Positions 1 to 12,899 are shown, numbered from the stretch's first letter. The stretch is DNA of 15,087 bases from Candidatus Iainarchaeum sp. (GCA_018304465.1 JAGVWC010000013.1:1-15087); one strand, 5' to 3'. Numbers and translations: made by a program. Notes: a model not told the origin generated them from the letters alone.

Positions 1-1752
1 AGTCGTATTCCAAGAATAACTACATCGAAACACCGGACCCTGCGAACACGAATAACTACTCAATAACTGGGACACAATCGCGGTCCCGTTTCCACTTCCA
101 ATCAATGAATAAGCCAAAGCCGCCGTAATCACACTAACAGAATCATAAGCCGATTCAACATTGAAATCAATGGTCTGGGTTCCAGTGAGCGTATTAAAAT
201 CGTTCGGAGAAAGCACTTGCACGTAGGGTGCATTTTGGTCGTAGGAGTATCCAATGTCATAAATGTTGCAGTCGAGTTTGTTATTGAGTTGGGTTGTTCG
301 GGTTAGGCAAAATCCGGAAATGGCCTCGGTTCCAGCATCAACGAGTTTGGCGCCACCCGTTGGATTCGTATTAAGCAGGAAGTTTCGATCAGAATTGTCG
401 GCGATAAACGGATCCGTAGTGAATCCGGTTTGGGCGTTGATGTCTTTGGCGTGAGAAGCAGGGGTCCTACCGGGAGTGGTTACGTTGTAATACGCGTTCG
501 GGTAAAATGGACTCCCAGAAAATGAGCCGCTGTAAGCGGTGTCAACATTGGCAAATAGCTGGTGATACGCGCTGTCCGCAAAGCCACCCGAAGTGTTTTT
601 CATCGCAATGGAATTGGAGTGAAAGGAAGCGAATGTAATGCCCAAACCGGTGAATATAAACAGTGTCCCAGCAGTGCTGTTGATTCCAATCGAGTTGTTG
701 AAATCATGATACAGAGCGTAAGAAGAATCAACCATAGACCACGCCCCATCATGGAAGATTGCGGTTGAAGCGGCTTTAAAATCTGAGAATCGATTGTAGG
801 TGAGGGAGCATTCACTGTCTCCCCCAAGCGAAATAGCGGTAGCGGCATTAAAATCCCAAAAACGATTGTTTAACACGCTTCCTCCCGCTCCGACACTTCG
901 AATCCCAATTCCGTTGGGTAACACATGCCAAAAATTGTTGTCTTGTATATACCCTCCGTTTCCGGCCGGAAACAAAATGGCCGTTCCGTTGAAATCAAAA
1001 AAATGATTGAAAAAGATTTGACCTACGACCGTGGGGGACCCGTTAATCTGTATCCCGTTGGAAGGATTAACGATTCCCACAAAACGACTGTCATGAATTG
1101 TTCCAACAAACTGAGCCAAAATCAATATCCCATTGGCCCCACCAGGACCCTTAATATTTTGAAACGAATTATTGAACAAGTTGACATCACTTGAAAGGCT
1201 TACTAATATCCCGCTTTGCCCAATAACCATAAAATTCGAATCATGCACACTACCCAAATTTTGATCCAAACGAACCCCCGTATTTTCATCAAACACTTTG
1301 AGAAACGAAAACGAATCACTTTTCGTATGACCCGCGTTCGACCGAATCCAAACCGCAGTATTATAATCAGTCGAAAGAGGCATTCCCGAACAATTCGCCA
1401 TTGTTGACGTATTCGCGTTCGTTGCCCCCGCATAGGAGTTCTGGTCTTTGCAAGAAGTGAAAATAATATTTTTGTCCACGGTTCCGTTCGCAACGATCCG
1501 GCCCCCGTCACGCGCAATCAGACTTCGCCCCACCCCATACTTGACCACAGTCCCAGGAGCAATATTCAAATCCGTTCCCGCTCCAGTAACATTCACGTCC
1601 GCCAAAATCACATACGTATTACCATCAACCCAGTTTTGATCCACAGAAATATTCGAATCAATCGTACACACGCGATTCGAATCACCACACGAATTCGCAG
1701 CTAAAACCAGCGGGGAAAAAAGAACAGCAAAAAAAACAATCCAATAACGCAT
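1..1752 (-). CDS. Secreted/surface protein with right-handed parallel beta-helix (pectin-lyase-like) region; 3' end runs off the window (>584 aa)
   Basis: Not in the ORF track because it has no stop inside the window. Hand translation from ATG 1752 is open to base 1: signal peptide MRYWIVFFAVLFSPLVLA, 'LNIAPGTVVK...GRIVANGT...IIFTS' beta-helix cap, N/G-rich rungs, a 'DPF..NFLL..LVDAG..DIGY' closing motif, then an Ig-like start (PYVQVLSP..TIDFNV). Confidence 0.88.
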   Translation of the reverse strand, partial: MRYWIVFFAVLFSPLVLAANSCGDSNRVCTIDSNISVDQNWVDGNTYVILADVNVTGAGTDLNIAPGTVVKYGVGRSLIARDGGRIVANGTVDKNIIFTSCKDQNSYAGATNANTSTMANCSGMPLSTDYNTAVWIRSNAGHTKSDSFSFLKVFDENTGVRLDQNLGSVHDSNFMVIGQSGILVSLSSDVNLFNNSFQNIKGPGGANGILILAQFVGTIHDSRFVGIVNPSNGIQINGSPTVVGQIFFNHFFDFNGTAILFPAGNGGYIQDNNFWHVLPNGIGIRSVGAGGSVLNNRFWDFNAATAISLGGDSECSLTYNRFSDFKAASTAIFHDGAWSMVDSSYALYHDFNNSIGINSTAGTLFIFTGLGITFASFHSNSIAMKNTSGGFADSAYHQLFANVDTAYSGSFSGSPFYPNAYYNVTTPGRTPASHAKDINAQTGFTTDPFIADNSDRNFLLNTNPTGGAKLVDAGTEAISGFCLTRTTQLNNKLDCNIYDIGYSYDQNAPYVQVLSPNDFNTLTGTQTIDFNVESAYDSVSVITAALAYSLIGSGNGTAIVSQLLSSYSCSQGPVFRCSYSWNTT

Positions 1753-1774
1753 GTAAAAGAAAGCATGCGGTGAT

Positions 1775-1830
1775 TATTATAATTTCCTTTAGAACGAAAA
1801 CCCGGATTTCAAGCGACTAAAATAAAAAAA
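1775..1830. promoter_or_regulatory. Divergent archaeal promoters (TATA-like boxes), probably leaderless transcripts
   Basis: Minus-strand AATTATAAT lies ~25 nt before ATG 1752; plus-strand CGACTAAAATAAAA lies ~25-30 nt before ATG 1851. Confidence 0.4.
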
Positions 1831-1850
1831 CAATCCCTGCTTTTTCCGTT

Positions 1851-2528
1851 ATGTCCTTTGATTTTGCGGTTATTTTCGACATGGACGGCGTTCTGGTGGA
1901 CTCCATGCAAGGCATCCATGAATCGTTCGACGAATTGCTGCAACAAGAAAAAATCATTTTTTCCGAAACCGAACACAAACGATTCTTCGGACAACCCCTG
2001 CGCGAAGTCGTATTGATCTGGAACCAGGAATACGGACTCAAATTAACCCCGAAAGAATTTTCACAACGCGCGTTTGAAATCGAATACCAAAAACTAATTC
2101 AGCGCGCCGAAGTCGACACCGGACTCATTTCATTCCTAAACGAACTAAAGCAAAACCAAGTGCCGCTTGCCATCGGAACCGCGTCCGAGAAAAAACGCGC
2201 GAACGCCATCATCGAGTTCCTCAAACTCAAACCGTTTTTCAAAACCATCGTTTCCGCAGACGACGTTCCAAACAGGGGTGGAAAAAAAGAAATTTTTCTG
2301 AAAGCCGCCAAACTACTCGAAATCGCGCCCCAAAAATGCGTGGTGATCGACGACGCGCCTTACGGCATCCAAGCCGCGACAAACGCGGGAATGAAAACCA
2401 TTGGATTCGCGGCTACTCCGAACGCGAAGAAAGAATTGGAAGCAAGCGATGTGGTGATAACCGATTTTGGGCAGATTTCTCTTGAAAAAATCAAACAATT
2501 TATCAAAACTCCAAAAAGAAACCCATAA
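1851..2528 (+). CDS. HAD-superfamily hydrolase, subfamily IA (beta-phosphoglucomutase/sugar-phosphatase-like)
   Basis: Motif I VIFDMDGVLVDS, helical cap, motif II IGTAS, motif IV CVVIDDAPYGIQAATNAGM; 225 aa. Confidence 0.92.
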   Translation: MSFDFAVIFDMDGVLVDSMQGIHESFDELLQQEKIIFSETEHKRFFGQPLREVVLIWNQEYGLKLTPKEFSQRAFEIEYQKLIQRAEVDTGLISFLNELKQNQVPLAIGTASEKKRANAIIEFLKLKPFFKTIVSADDVPNRGGKKEIFLKAAKLLEIAPQKCVVIDDAPYGIQAATNAGMKTIGFAATPNAKKELEASDVVITDFGQISLEKIKQFIKTPKRNP

Positions 2529-2553
2529 AAAGACCAAAAGAATAATTCGTGTG

Positions 2554-2904
2554 ATGACCCAAAAAATTCTGGCTTTACTCGTGCTGTTCGCGGTAACCCT
2601 GTTCGGGTGCCTTGAGTACACCGAAATCACCCAGGAAAATTATTTGTTTGTCGGCGAATGGATCGCGCCTGGACAAACCCTAACGATTTATTCCCGCGGC
2701 GCCGCGGATTACGAAGGAACCGACGGCGCAGCCACGACCACGCTTTCAGGGGTACCCGTCACCATTACGAACGACAAACTCACGCTCGAATTCGTCGTCA
2801 AAAAAGAATTCTCGATTACCAAACGCCCCTACACGAATCCCGAAACCCAAGAACTCAAAATGGAACTTGACGGGGTTGTCTTTGTAAAACAAAACAACAA
2901 GTGA
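2554..2904 (+). CDS. Small putative lipoprotein (beta-rich), 116 aa
   Basis: Likely start ATG 2554, since the longer ORF overlaps the HAD gene. MTQKILALLVLFAVTLFGC is a signal peptide with a lipobox-like Cys, followed by FVGEW and beta-strand patterning. Confidence 0.75.
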   Translation: MTQKILALLVLFAVTLFGCLEYTEITQENYLFVGEWIAPGQTLTIYSRGAADYEGTDGAATTTLSGVPVTITNDKLTLEFVVKKEFSITKRPYTNPETQELKMELDGVVFVKQNNK

Positions 2905-2921
2905 ATCGCACACGGCAATCA

Positions 2922-2942
2922 ACGAATTTTCGTAATATTAAA
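2922..2942 (+). promoter_or_regulatory. Putative TA promoter/operator
   Basis: Palindrome ACGAA-TT-TTCGT (2922-2933) abuts TAATATTAAA, ~26 nt upstream of ATG 2968. Confidence 0.35.
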
Positions 2943-2967
2943 GAAAACTATTTTACGTTCGTGATGC

Positions 2968-3204
2968 ATGGAAGTAGTTTTTACAAATCACGCACTTGAG
3001 CGAATGAAAAAATATGATTTTCCAAGCACACTTGTTCTTGAAAGTCTTGAAAATCCAGATCGAATCGAGCTTTCAAACAACAAGCGTAAAATTGCACAAA
3101 AAAGACTTAATGGTTATGTATTAAGAGTTATATACGAGGAAAACCGTAATCTATACACAATCATTACGGTATACCGAGCTAAGAGGGAACGATATGAAAT
3201 ATAA
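2968..3204 (+). CDS. DUF4258-family protein, putative RelE/BrnT-like RNase toxin
   Basis: Signature 'FTNHALERM...LENPD...LRVIYE...IITVY'; basic, 78 aa; overlaps the downstream gene by 11 nt. Confidence 0.8.
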   Translation: MEVVFTNHALERMKKYDFPSTLVLESLENPDRIELSNNKRKIAQKRLNGYVLRVIYEENRNLYTIITVYRAKRERYEI

Positions 3205-3394
3205 TTACGATAAAGAAACCGACACATTAATGATCGTCCTTTCCGATAAAAAACCTGACTTTGCAGAACAAGAAGGCGATATTATAACTCACTATAACAA
3301 AGACCATAAACCGGTTGAAATTGAAATTCTCAATGCCAGCAACGCCACGATTGAAATACTCAAAGCGATGCTGCCCGCAAGACAAAACAGATAA
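3194..3394 (+). CDS. DUF2283-family protein, putative antitoxin
   Basis: Signature 'YDKETDTLMI.L......D.I..Y.....PV.IEILNAS'; 66 aa; coupled to the DUF4258 gene. Confidence 0.85.
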   Translation: MKYNYDKETDTLMIVLSDKKPDFAEQEGDIITHYNKDHKPVEIEILNASNATIEILKAMLPARQNR

Positions 3395-3540
3395 TATTCT
3401 ATTTCTGCAATTGCCCGGTTACGGGTTGTTACAGTAAAACAAGTATAGGATAAAACAATTAATACAATAAAAATTAGGGTTAATTAAGCTGTCTCCGGTG
3501 GACCTTCTTACGAATAGCTAATTCAAAATCAGAAAAAAAT

Positions 3541-3615
3541 TTTAAGTGTGTGTTGATTCGGCAACGGCAACAGACATAAACAGACTCGCGGGAGCATTTT
3601 TATTTTTAGTTATCT
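3541..3615 (-). repeat. 3' arm of the 23S pre-rRNA processing stem (inverted repeat of ~6620-6690)
   Basis: tgtgtgttgattcg..ggcaacagacataa..agcatttt is the imperfect reverse complement of aaaatgct..ttatgtctgttgcc..cgaatcaacacaca at ~6630-6685. Confidence 0.8.
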
Positions 3616-6619
<3,004 letters not shown>

Positions 6620-6690
6620 GTGGTAACAACAAAATGCTTCTCACATGTTGGTTATGTCTGTTGCCTTTGACGAATCAACACACAATTAAA
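6620..6690 (-). repeat. 5' arm of the 23S pre-rRNA processing stem
   Basis: Complementary to 3541-3615. Confidence 0.8.
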
Positions 6691-6828
6691 TATTATTGTG
6701 CTCCTCTTGCATTCCAAAAAAACTTGGAATACGTTTTCGTATTGTGTAAACGTAATTTTCGGATCGCAACGAAATATGCAAATCCATTGCGAAAAATTTT
6801 TCGCCAACCTTTTTTTTAAAAAGGTTGT

Positions 6829-6901
6829 TGGACTCGACGGGGATCGAACCCGTGACCTCCTCGTTGCAAACGAGGCGCTCTACCAACTGAGCTACAAGCC
6901 C
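6829..6901 (-). tRNA. tRNA-Ala (UGC), in the 16S-23S spacer, no intron, CCA not encoded
   Basis: GGGCUUGUAGCUCAGUUGGUAGAGCGCCUCGUUUGCAACGAGGAGGUCACGGGUUCGAUCCCCGUCGAGUCCA: cloverleaf, UGC anticodon, G3.U70 pair, A73. Confidence 0.97.
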
Positions 6902-6994
6902 GTCGAAATTATTCGACGGCACCGAGGGACGACTTTCCGTCGGCCTGCCTCGGCACTTGTTTACTCATTTGAAGTGCCTCTTGCATTTTTTAAA

Positions 6995-7035
6995 TGTAAG
7001 TGGATTGAAGAAATCTTTTCGGACCCAGAATGCAA
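6995..7035 (-). repeat. 3' arm of the 16S pre-rRNA processing stem (inverted repeat of ~8705-8750)
   Basis: gtggattgaagaa...ggaccca pairs with tgggtcc...ttcttcaatccac at ~8713-8744, with a central bulged region. Confidence 0.8.
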
Positions 7036-7125
7036 ATATTGTTGAATCATTTTGAAAACGGATAGAAGGGAGAACCGAAGTTCCCCCATCCTCGTCTTCC
7101 GCATGTTCTAGGAACATGCAATGAA

Positions 7126-8619
<1,494 letters not shown>

Positions 8620-8704
8620 TCACCAACAAAAAAATTGGTGTTCTAATAATCCTTGCTCGACAGAAAAAAATTGGTTTGCCTAATGGAATTGTAATTTGCT
8701 TTGC

Positions 8705-8750
8705 TTCACATTTGGGTCCTTGAAGAAAATCTTCTTCAATCCACATCACA
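8705..8750 (-). repeat. 5' arm of the 16S pre-rRNA processing stem
   Basis: Complementary to 6995-7035. Confidence 0.8.
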
Positions 8751-8931
8751 CCCAAAACAACTCGGGTGCTCATGACCGGCCCAGCACGAATGCTGCCCGG
8801 AATGGAGTTGAATCCTAAACCACGCAAAAACGCGATTTAGACGAAGATTCTTCGCTAAAAGCGAGAATTTCTACCAATTAAATTGGTAAACGACAAATAG
8901 ACAATTCAACCCTAACGGTGAAGAATTGCAC

Positions 8932-8969
8932 ATATATATACCAACAGGGAAAGTATAAAAAGCTATCGG
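8932..8969 (-). promoter_or_regulatory. rRNA operon promoter (BRE + TATA box)
   Basis: Minus strand CCGATAGC-TTTTTATA (8969-8954), then TATATATAT (8940-8932), ~330 nt upstream of the 16S. Confidence 0.6.
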
Positions 8970-9280
8970 CGATTGTACCAATGAAACGGGAACAAAAGGC
9001 CAGCCCAAGACTACGACGAAAACGGGCCGTAAAAATCGCCAAAAACCGAGGATTCGACGGCTATTACAAAACCATGCCGGTTAACGGTGGCGAAAAAAAA
9101 TCATGCCAAGCGAAAAAAGCATTCTTAGCGGACGAAGAACGACGATTCAAAAAAATTGCGGATTTTTTTGACCGCCTTGCCACCGGTTCACCACGAAAAG
9201 AAAAGAACTCATGCAAAAGTTCGAAGAAAAAATGTAGGAATTAAGCGAACAGATCTGAGAAACCAACGAAAAAAACACGA

Positions 9281-12200
9281 TCATTGTTCCATCGCGCCGA
9301 TATCCCAATCGTTTCCTTTCGGACGCGTGGTTCCGGCGACATCATTTGTTATGTCGACATTGTACAAAGACGTGTACAAACCATACACAGAATCCAACGC
9401 CCCCGCATCCACCGCGGGACTGCCTTGCGCCAAACCAAAATCGCGCGCGATATTCGAATTGTTTTTCCAATTGCACATACTCGTCGGAGCGACGATTCCG
9501 GACGACACCTTTGTGGCATCCGTCAAGATGATTTTTTTTCCGATGGCGTCGCTTGAAACCGATTCAACGATTCGCTTGACCCCGTCGTTTCCGATCTCCA
9601 CAATGTCTCCCATCGCGTATCCGGAAGAACTCAACACATACACTTCGGTCGCGGTGAACGGATAAAACGAAAGCAAAAACTCGATTCCGGACACCGAAGA
9701 CGAATTCACCAGTCGATCCAGCACGAGCTTGTTTCCATTCACGGAAGCAACTGTCAAAAACCGGCAATCTCGGCCGGCTTCGCCGCAATCAAGACCCGCA
9801 TCGTCAAAAGACTTGACCATTAATCGCGCCCCGGACACGACACCCGCGGCTTCGAAATCCGTTGTCGACGAAAACTGGGTTCGCTTCTGGTCATCCACCA
9901 AGACCTCGGAAACCGAACCGTTCGCCCCGACAATTTCGCGAAGCGGCACCGCTTGACACGAAACCGGCACGTTGACAAACAACGGGTTTTGATCCACATT
10001 GTCGTTCATACCGAACTTGGAGTCAAAAGAAGAGACCGAATACACGACGGAATCGCTGCCCCATTTCACCGTGGCAGAGGATCCCGGTTGGAAAAACAAA
10101 TTATTTTCGGCTTTCGATTGGCTTGAAACCGCCGTGTATTCGACTCCAAGGTGATGCGAAGGTTCTGTCAGATTAGACACGATGTTATTTGTGAAAAAAT
10201 GTTTTTGTGAAGAATTACCCGGGCTTGCGATTCCCGCGTCCACGGAAAACAAAGTGTTTCCGACGGCCGAAAACACCGGCACATCGCGGACCCAGATGCC
10301 GTTCCCCGGCTGCCAAATTTCGGATGGATCATATCCATTGGAATAATAGTGGTGAATATCATGAATTACGTTTCCGATCGCGAACGCGGATTTCGCCCCG
10401 TCAATCCGGATCCCGTTGGAACTGTCGAAAATCTCGTTGAAAAGCATCCAGACGCGTTCCGGACCATAATGCACGATAATCGCGGACCCATCGGAAGCGG
10501 ACGCAGGAACGTATCCGTACATCTTGTTCTCCGAAATCACGACGTCACGCGACTCCTTGATGTCGATCGCGTTTTCGCGGTCGTCGTGAAAAACATTCCG
10601 GCCGATGTACACGTGATGCGGAACCGGTTCCGGGCAATGATGACAAAATTGCACTGCGTCACCGGCGTTGTTGAAAAACGCGTTGTCCACCACCCAAATA
10701 TTTTTCGAACCGCTGTACACCGTAAAGCCATGCACGTCGGTTTCAACGTCGCTTAACACGTCGCCGTTGTCATGAATCGAATTCTTGTACACGACCATGT
10801 CGGACGCGTTTTCTTTCAGATTAATGACTTTTCCCGCTCCGGTTGCCGGACGATAATTCTTGAACTCGTTAAAACGAATCGACCAATGATCAAAGCCGTC
10901 GCCGTAAAACAAAATATTCGAGTTGTCAAACACCACGTTTTCAACGATCCCGAACTTGCCGTCAAAACGGACCTGCTTTCCGATAATGACCGGTTTTTTT
11001 GACGAATTTTCGCCGCGAAAAAAAACCGGTTTTTGCTTGGACCCATTCAAAGTAAACAACCAGCGATCATCATACGAATACGGCCCGCCGCGGATCTCCA
11101 CCACGTCACCGGCAGACAACGATGAAGGAATCGTACAACGCGGCTTTTGCGGTGAACCCCTGTTCGAAGAATCCGTGCACGCCGAAGACGAATTATCCAC
11201 CAGATACGTGTACGGACCGTTTCCGGCGTCCGAATAACCCTCTTGCCCGGCGTACATCACATGCGATTCAAAAATTCCAAACGAAGGCAGGGGAATGCCG
11301 ATCGGCGGTTTCCACTCGCCGGTTGGGTCAAGGTCATCCGGAACTTCCCGGCAAGAAGACGAATCAAAACCCGAACAATCGGGGTTACACGATACGGCTC
11401 CGACGCCAAGACCGAGCGTCGAACACGAAACCGATCCGATGTCGGTTCCGTCACAGATTTCACCGGTTTCCAATTTGTTGTTTCCGCATACCGGCGTTTC
11501 AACCGGTGGAGAAACGACGTTCCAATCAAACCGCACCCAATCCAGTTCATGCACAGACAAAAATCGAATCCGATACTTGAACGAATCCGCGGGAAGCAAA
11601 CAATTCAAATCCAAAATGGCGACTCCGTTTTCAACCGAACACCACGAAGCGCCATTGTCGGTTGAAACTTCAACCGCACACTGATGATCCACTTCAGACC
11701 AACGCGGCGTAAGCGAAGAAAACGATTCTTGCGTTGAAATCGATTTTGATTCAAAGCTCATCACCAACGGCGGCGAACCCAACAACGATTTTATTTCCGC
11801 ATCGGTGATCGCGCGGTCCCACACCGCGATTTCATCAATCAACCCGTCCCAGCTCGCGGCGTCGTTTCGGCCTCCGATTCCAAGTCGACTCGTGGAAGCG
11901 GATGTTTTTTGCCGAAAGTTGGCGGTCTGATTTCCTTTAACCCCATCTACAAAAATGACAACGTTATCCGACGCCTTCGAACCGTCGAAAACCCCGGTGA
12001 CCAAATGCCATTTCGTGTCCGCTAACCCGTGGGAATACATCGCGGAGAAAGGTTTCCCGGTCGAAGAATAAATCGAGAAGGCAGCGCTTCCATCCGTGGT
12101 TCGCTGCAACGCAAACGTGTCTCCCGAACCCCAATTTTTTTGCGCCAAATACTGCAATTCTTTTGTCCCGTCGTTTTTCACCCACATCGAAATCGAAAAA

Positions 12201-12676
12201 GATCGGATTCCCTCCAAATCCGAAAAATCCCCCGCGTCCAAATAATCCCGCGAACCATCTAAACGACACGCTTTGGACAAAATTCCCGTCACAAAACAAC
12301 GGGTCGACGCTTTTCGCGCCAACGAACGTTTTTCGGGCGACGCATCCGCAAGCGATCCGTTCAAATGCCACAATCCAATCAGCCCGTTTCCAAGAGAAGA
12401 AGACGAAGCGATTTCGACCGGTGAAAACGAAAATACCGGCCGTATTTTTCCATCCGCGACCGCGGTGTTCGTCATTTTTTCCAGAAAAACATCGGAATCA
12501 AATCCGTCCAGAAACGCGTTCTCCGTTTCCCCCAACAATGCTCCGGACGAAAGAGGGGAAAGCAACGCTGTAGTCGAAAAAGCCAACAAGACTACCACGA
12601 GCAAACCCGCCAATCCAATTCGGAGAAAAGCGGAGGCAGGAGTTTTTTGGTGAAGTTTTTTTTGTTTCGATGACAT
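9281..12676 (-). CDS. Large secreted/anchored surface protein (~1131 aa): LamG-like jellyroll, Cys-rich repeat, parallel beta-helix, choice-of-anchor-Q-like C-terminus
   Basis: Preferred start ATG 12676 (GTGAAACC-ATG; basic N-terminus then a hydrophobic helix). LamG motifs GLIGLWHLN, FSISMWVK, WHLVTGVFDG, WDGLIDEIAVWDRAI (~12385-11785); CGNNKLETGEICDG repeat (~11489-11350); beta-helix rungs; SPAVDAG...RP...WDIGAME. Confidence 0.9.
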   Translation of the reverse strand: MSSKQKKLHQKTPASAFLRIGLAGLLVVVLLAFSTTALLSPLSSGALLGETENAFLDGFDSDVFLEKMTNTAVADGKIRPVFSFSPVEIASSSSLGNGLIGLWHLNGSLADASPEKRSLARKASTRCFVTGILSKACRLDGSRDYLDAGDFSDLEGIRSFSISMWVKNDGTKELQYLAQKNWGSGDTFALQRTTDGSAAFSIYSSTGKPFSAMYSHGLADTKWHLVTGVFDGSKASDNVVIFVDGVKGNQTANFRQKTSASTSRLGIGGRNDAASWDGLIDEIAVWDRAITDAEIKSLLGSPPLVMSFESKSISTQESFSSLTPRWSEVDHQCAVEVSTDNGASWCSVENGVAILDLNCLLPADSFKYRIRFLSVHELDWVRFDWNVVSPPVETPVCGNNKLETGEICDGTDIGSVSCSTLGLGVGAVSCNPDCSGFDSSSCREVPDDLDPTGEWKPPIGIPLPSFGIFESHVMYAGQEGYSDAGNGPYTYLVDNSSSACTDSSNRGSPQKPRCTIPSSLSAGDVVEIRGGPYSYDDRWLFTLNGSKQKPVFFRGENSSKKPVIIGKQVRFDGKFGIVENVVFDNSNILFYGDGFDHWSIRFNEFKNYRPATGAGKVINLKENASDMVVYKNSIHDNGDVLSDVETDVHGFTVYSGSKNIWVVDNAFFNNAGDAVQFCHHCPEPVPHHVYIGRNVFHDDRENAIDIKESRDVVISENKMYGYVPASASDGSAIIVHYGPERVWMLFNEIFDSSNGIRIDGAKSAFAIGNVIHDIHHYYSNGYDPSEIWQPGNGIWVRDVPVFSAVGNTLFSVDAGIASPGNSSQKHFFTNNIVSNLTEPSHHLGVEYTAVSSQSKAENNLFFQPGSSATVKWGSDSVVYSVSSFDSKFGMNDNVDQNPLFVNVPVSCQAVPLREIVGANGSVSEVLVDDQKRTQFSSTTDFEAAGVVSGARLMVKSFDDAGLDCGEAGRDCRFLTVASVNGNKLVLDRLVNSSSVSGIEFLLSFYPFTATEVYVLSSSGYAMGDIVEIGNDGVKRIVESVSSDAIGKKIILTDATKVSSGIVAPTSMCNWKNNSNIARDFGLAQGSPAVDAGALDSVYGLYTSLYNVDITNDVAGTTRPKGNDWDIGAMEQ

Positions 12677-12837
12677 GGTTTCACTTTGGATGTACAGCTG
12701 TGTGGGTGAATCAACAATCCAACTGCCCGATACAGAGGTGCAACGGATCCAAGTTCCACAAGAACAAAGAGCGTCGATATCCGGAGTTGCAACCGATGAA
12801 GCGTCTTGCAATCGGTTAGGAATGTAATCCGTTTTTT

Positions 12838-12852
12838 CTTATATATTTCTTT
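12838..12852 (-). promoter_or_regulatory. BRE/TATA box for the large surface-protein gene
   Basis: Minus strand AAAGAAATATATAAG; implies a start site near 12815 and a ~140-nt leader. Confidence 0.5.
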
Positions 12853-12899
12853 CGTTAACTTTTTTTTCATCCGAGTTAATTGGAAAAAATCGGCGGCTC

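Noticed and set aside
995-1020. Apparent frameshift at the A-runs in the 1-1752 gene
   Set aside because: The supplied plus-strand translation (MIEKDL) and coordinate arithmetic show one continuous minus-strand frame from 1752 to 1.
2260-2310. HAD motif III reads RGGKKEIF rather than the usual GKPxPxIF
   Set aside because: A Lys is still available and the other motifs are intact; this is ordinary family variation.
12677-12811. 45-aa N-terminal extension (TTG start) of the 1176-aa ORF
   Set aside because: It would bury the signal/TM segment; ATG 12676 has an SD-like GTGA and a typical basic N-region.
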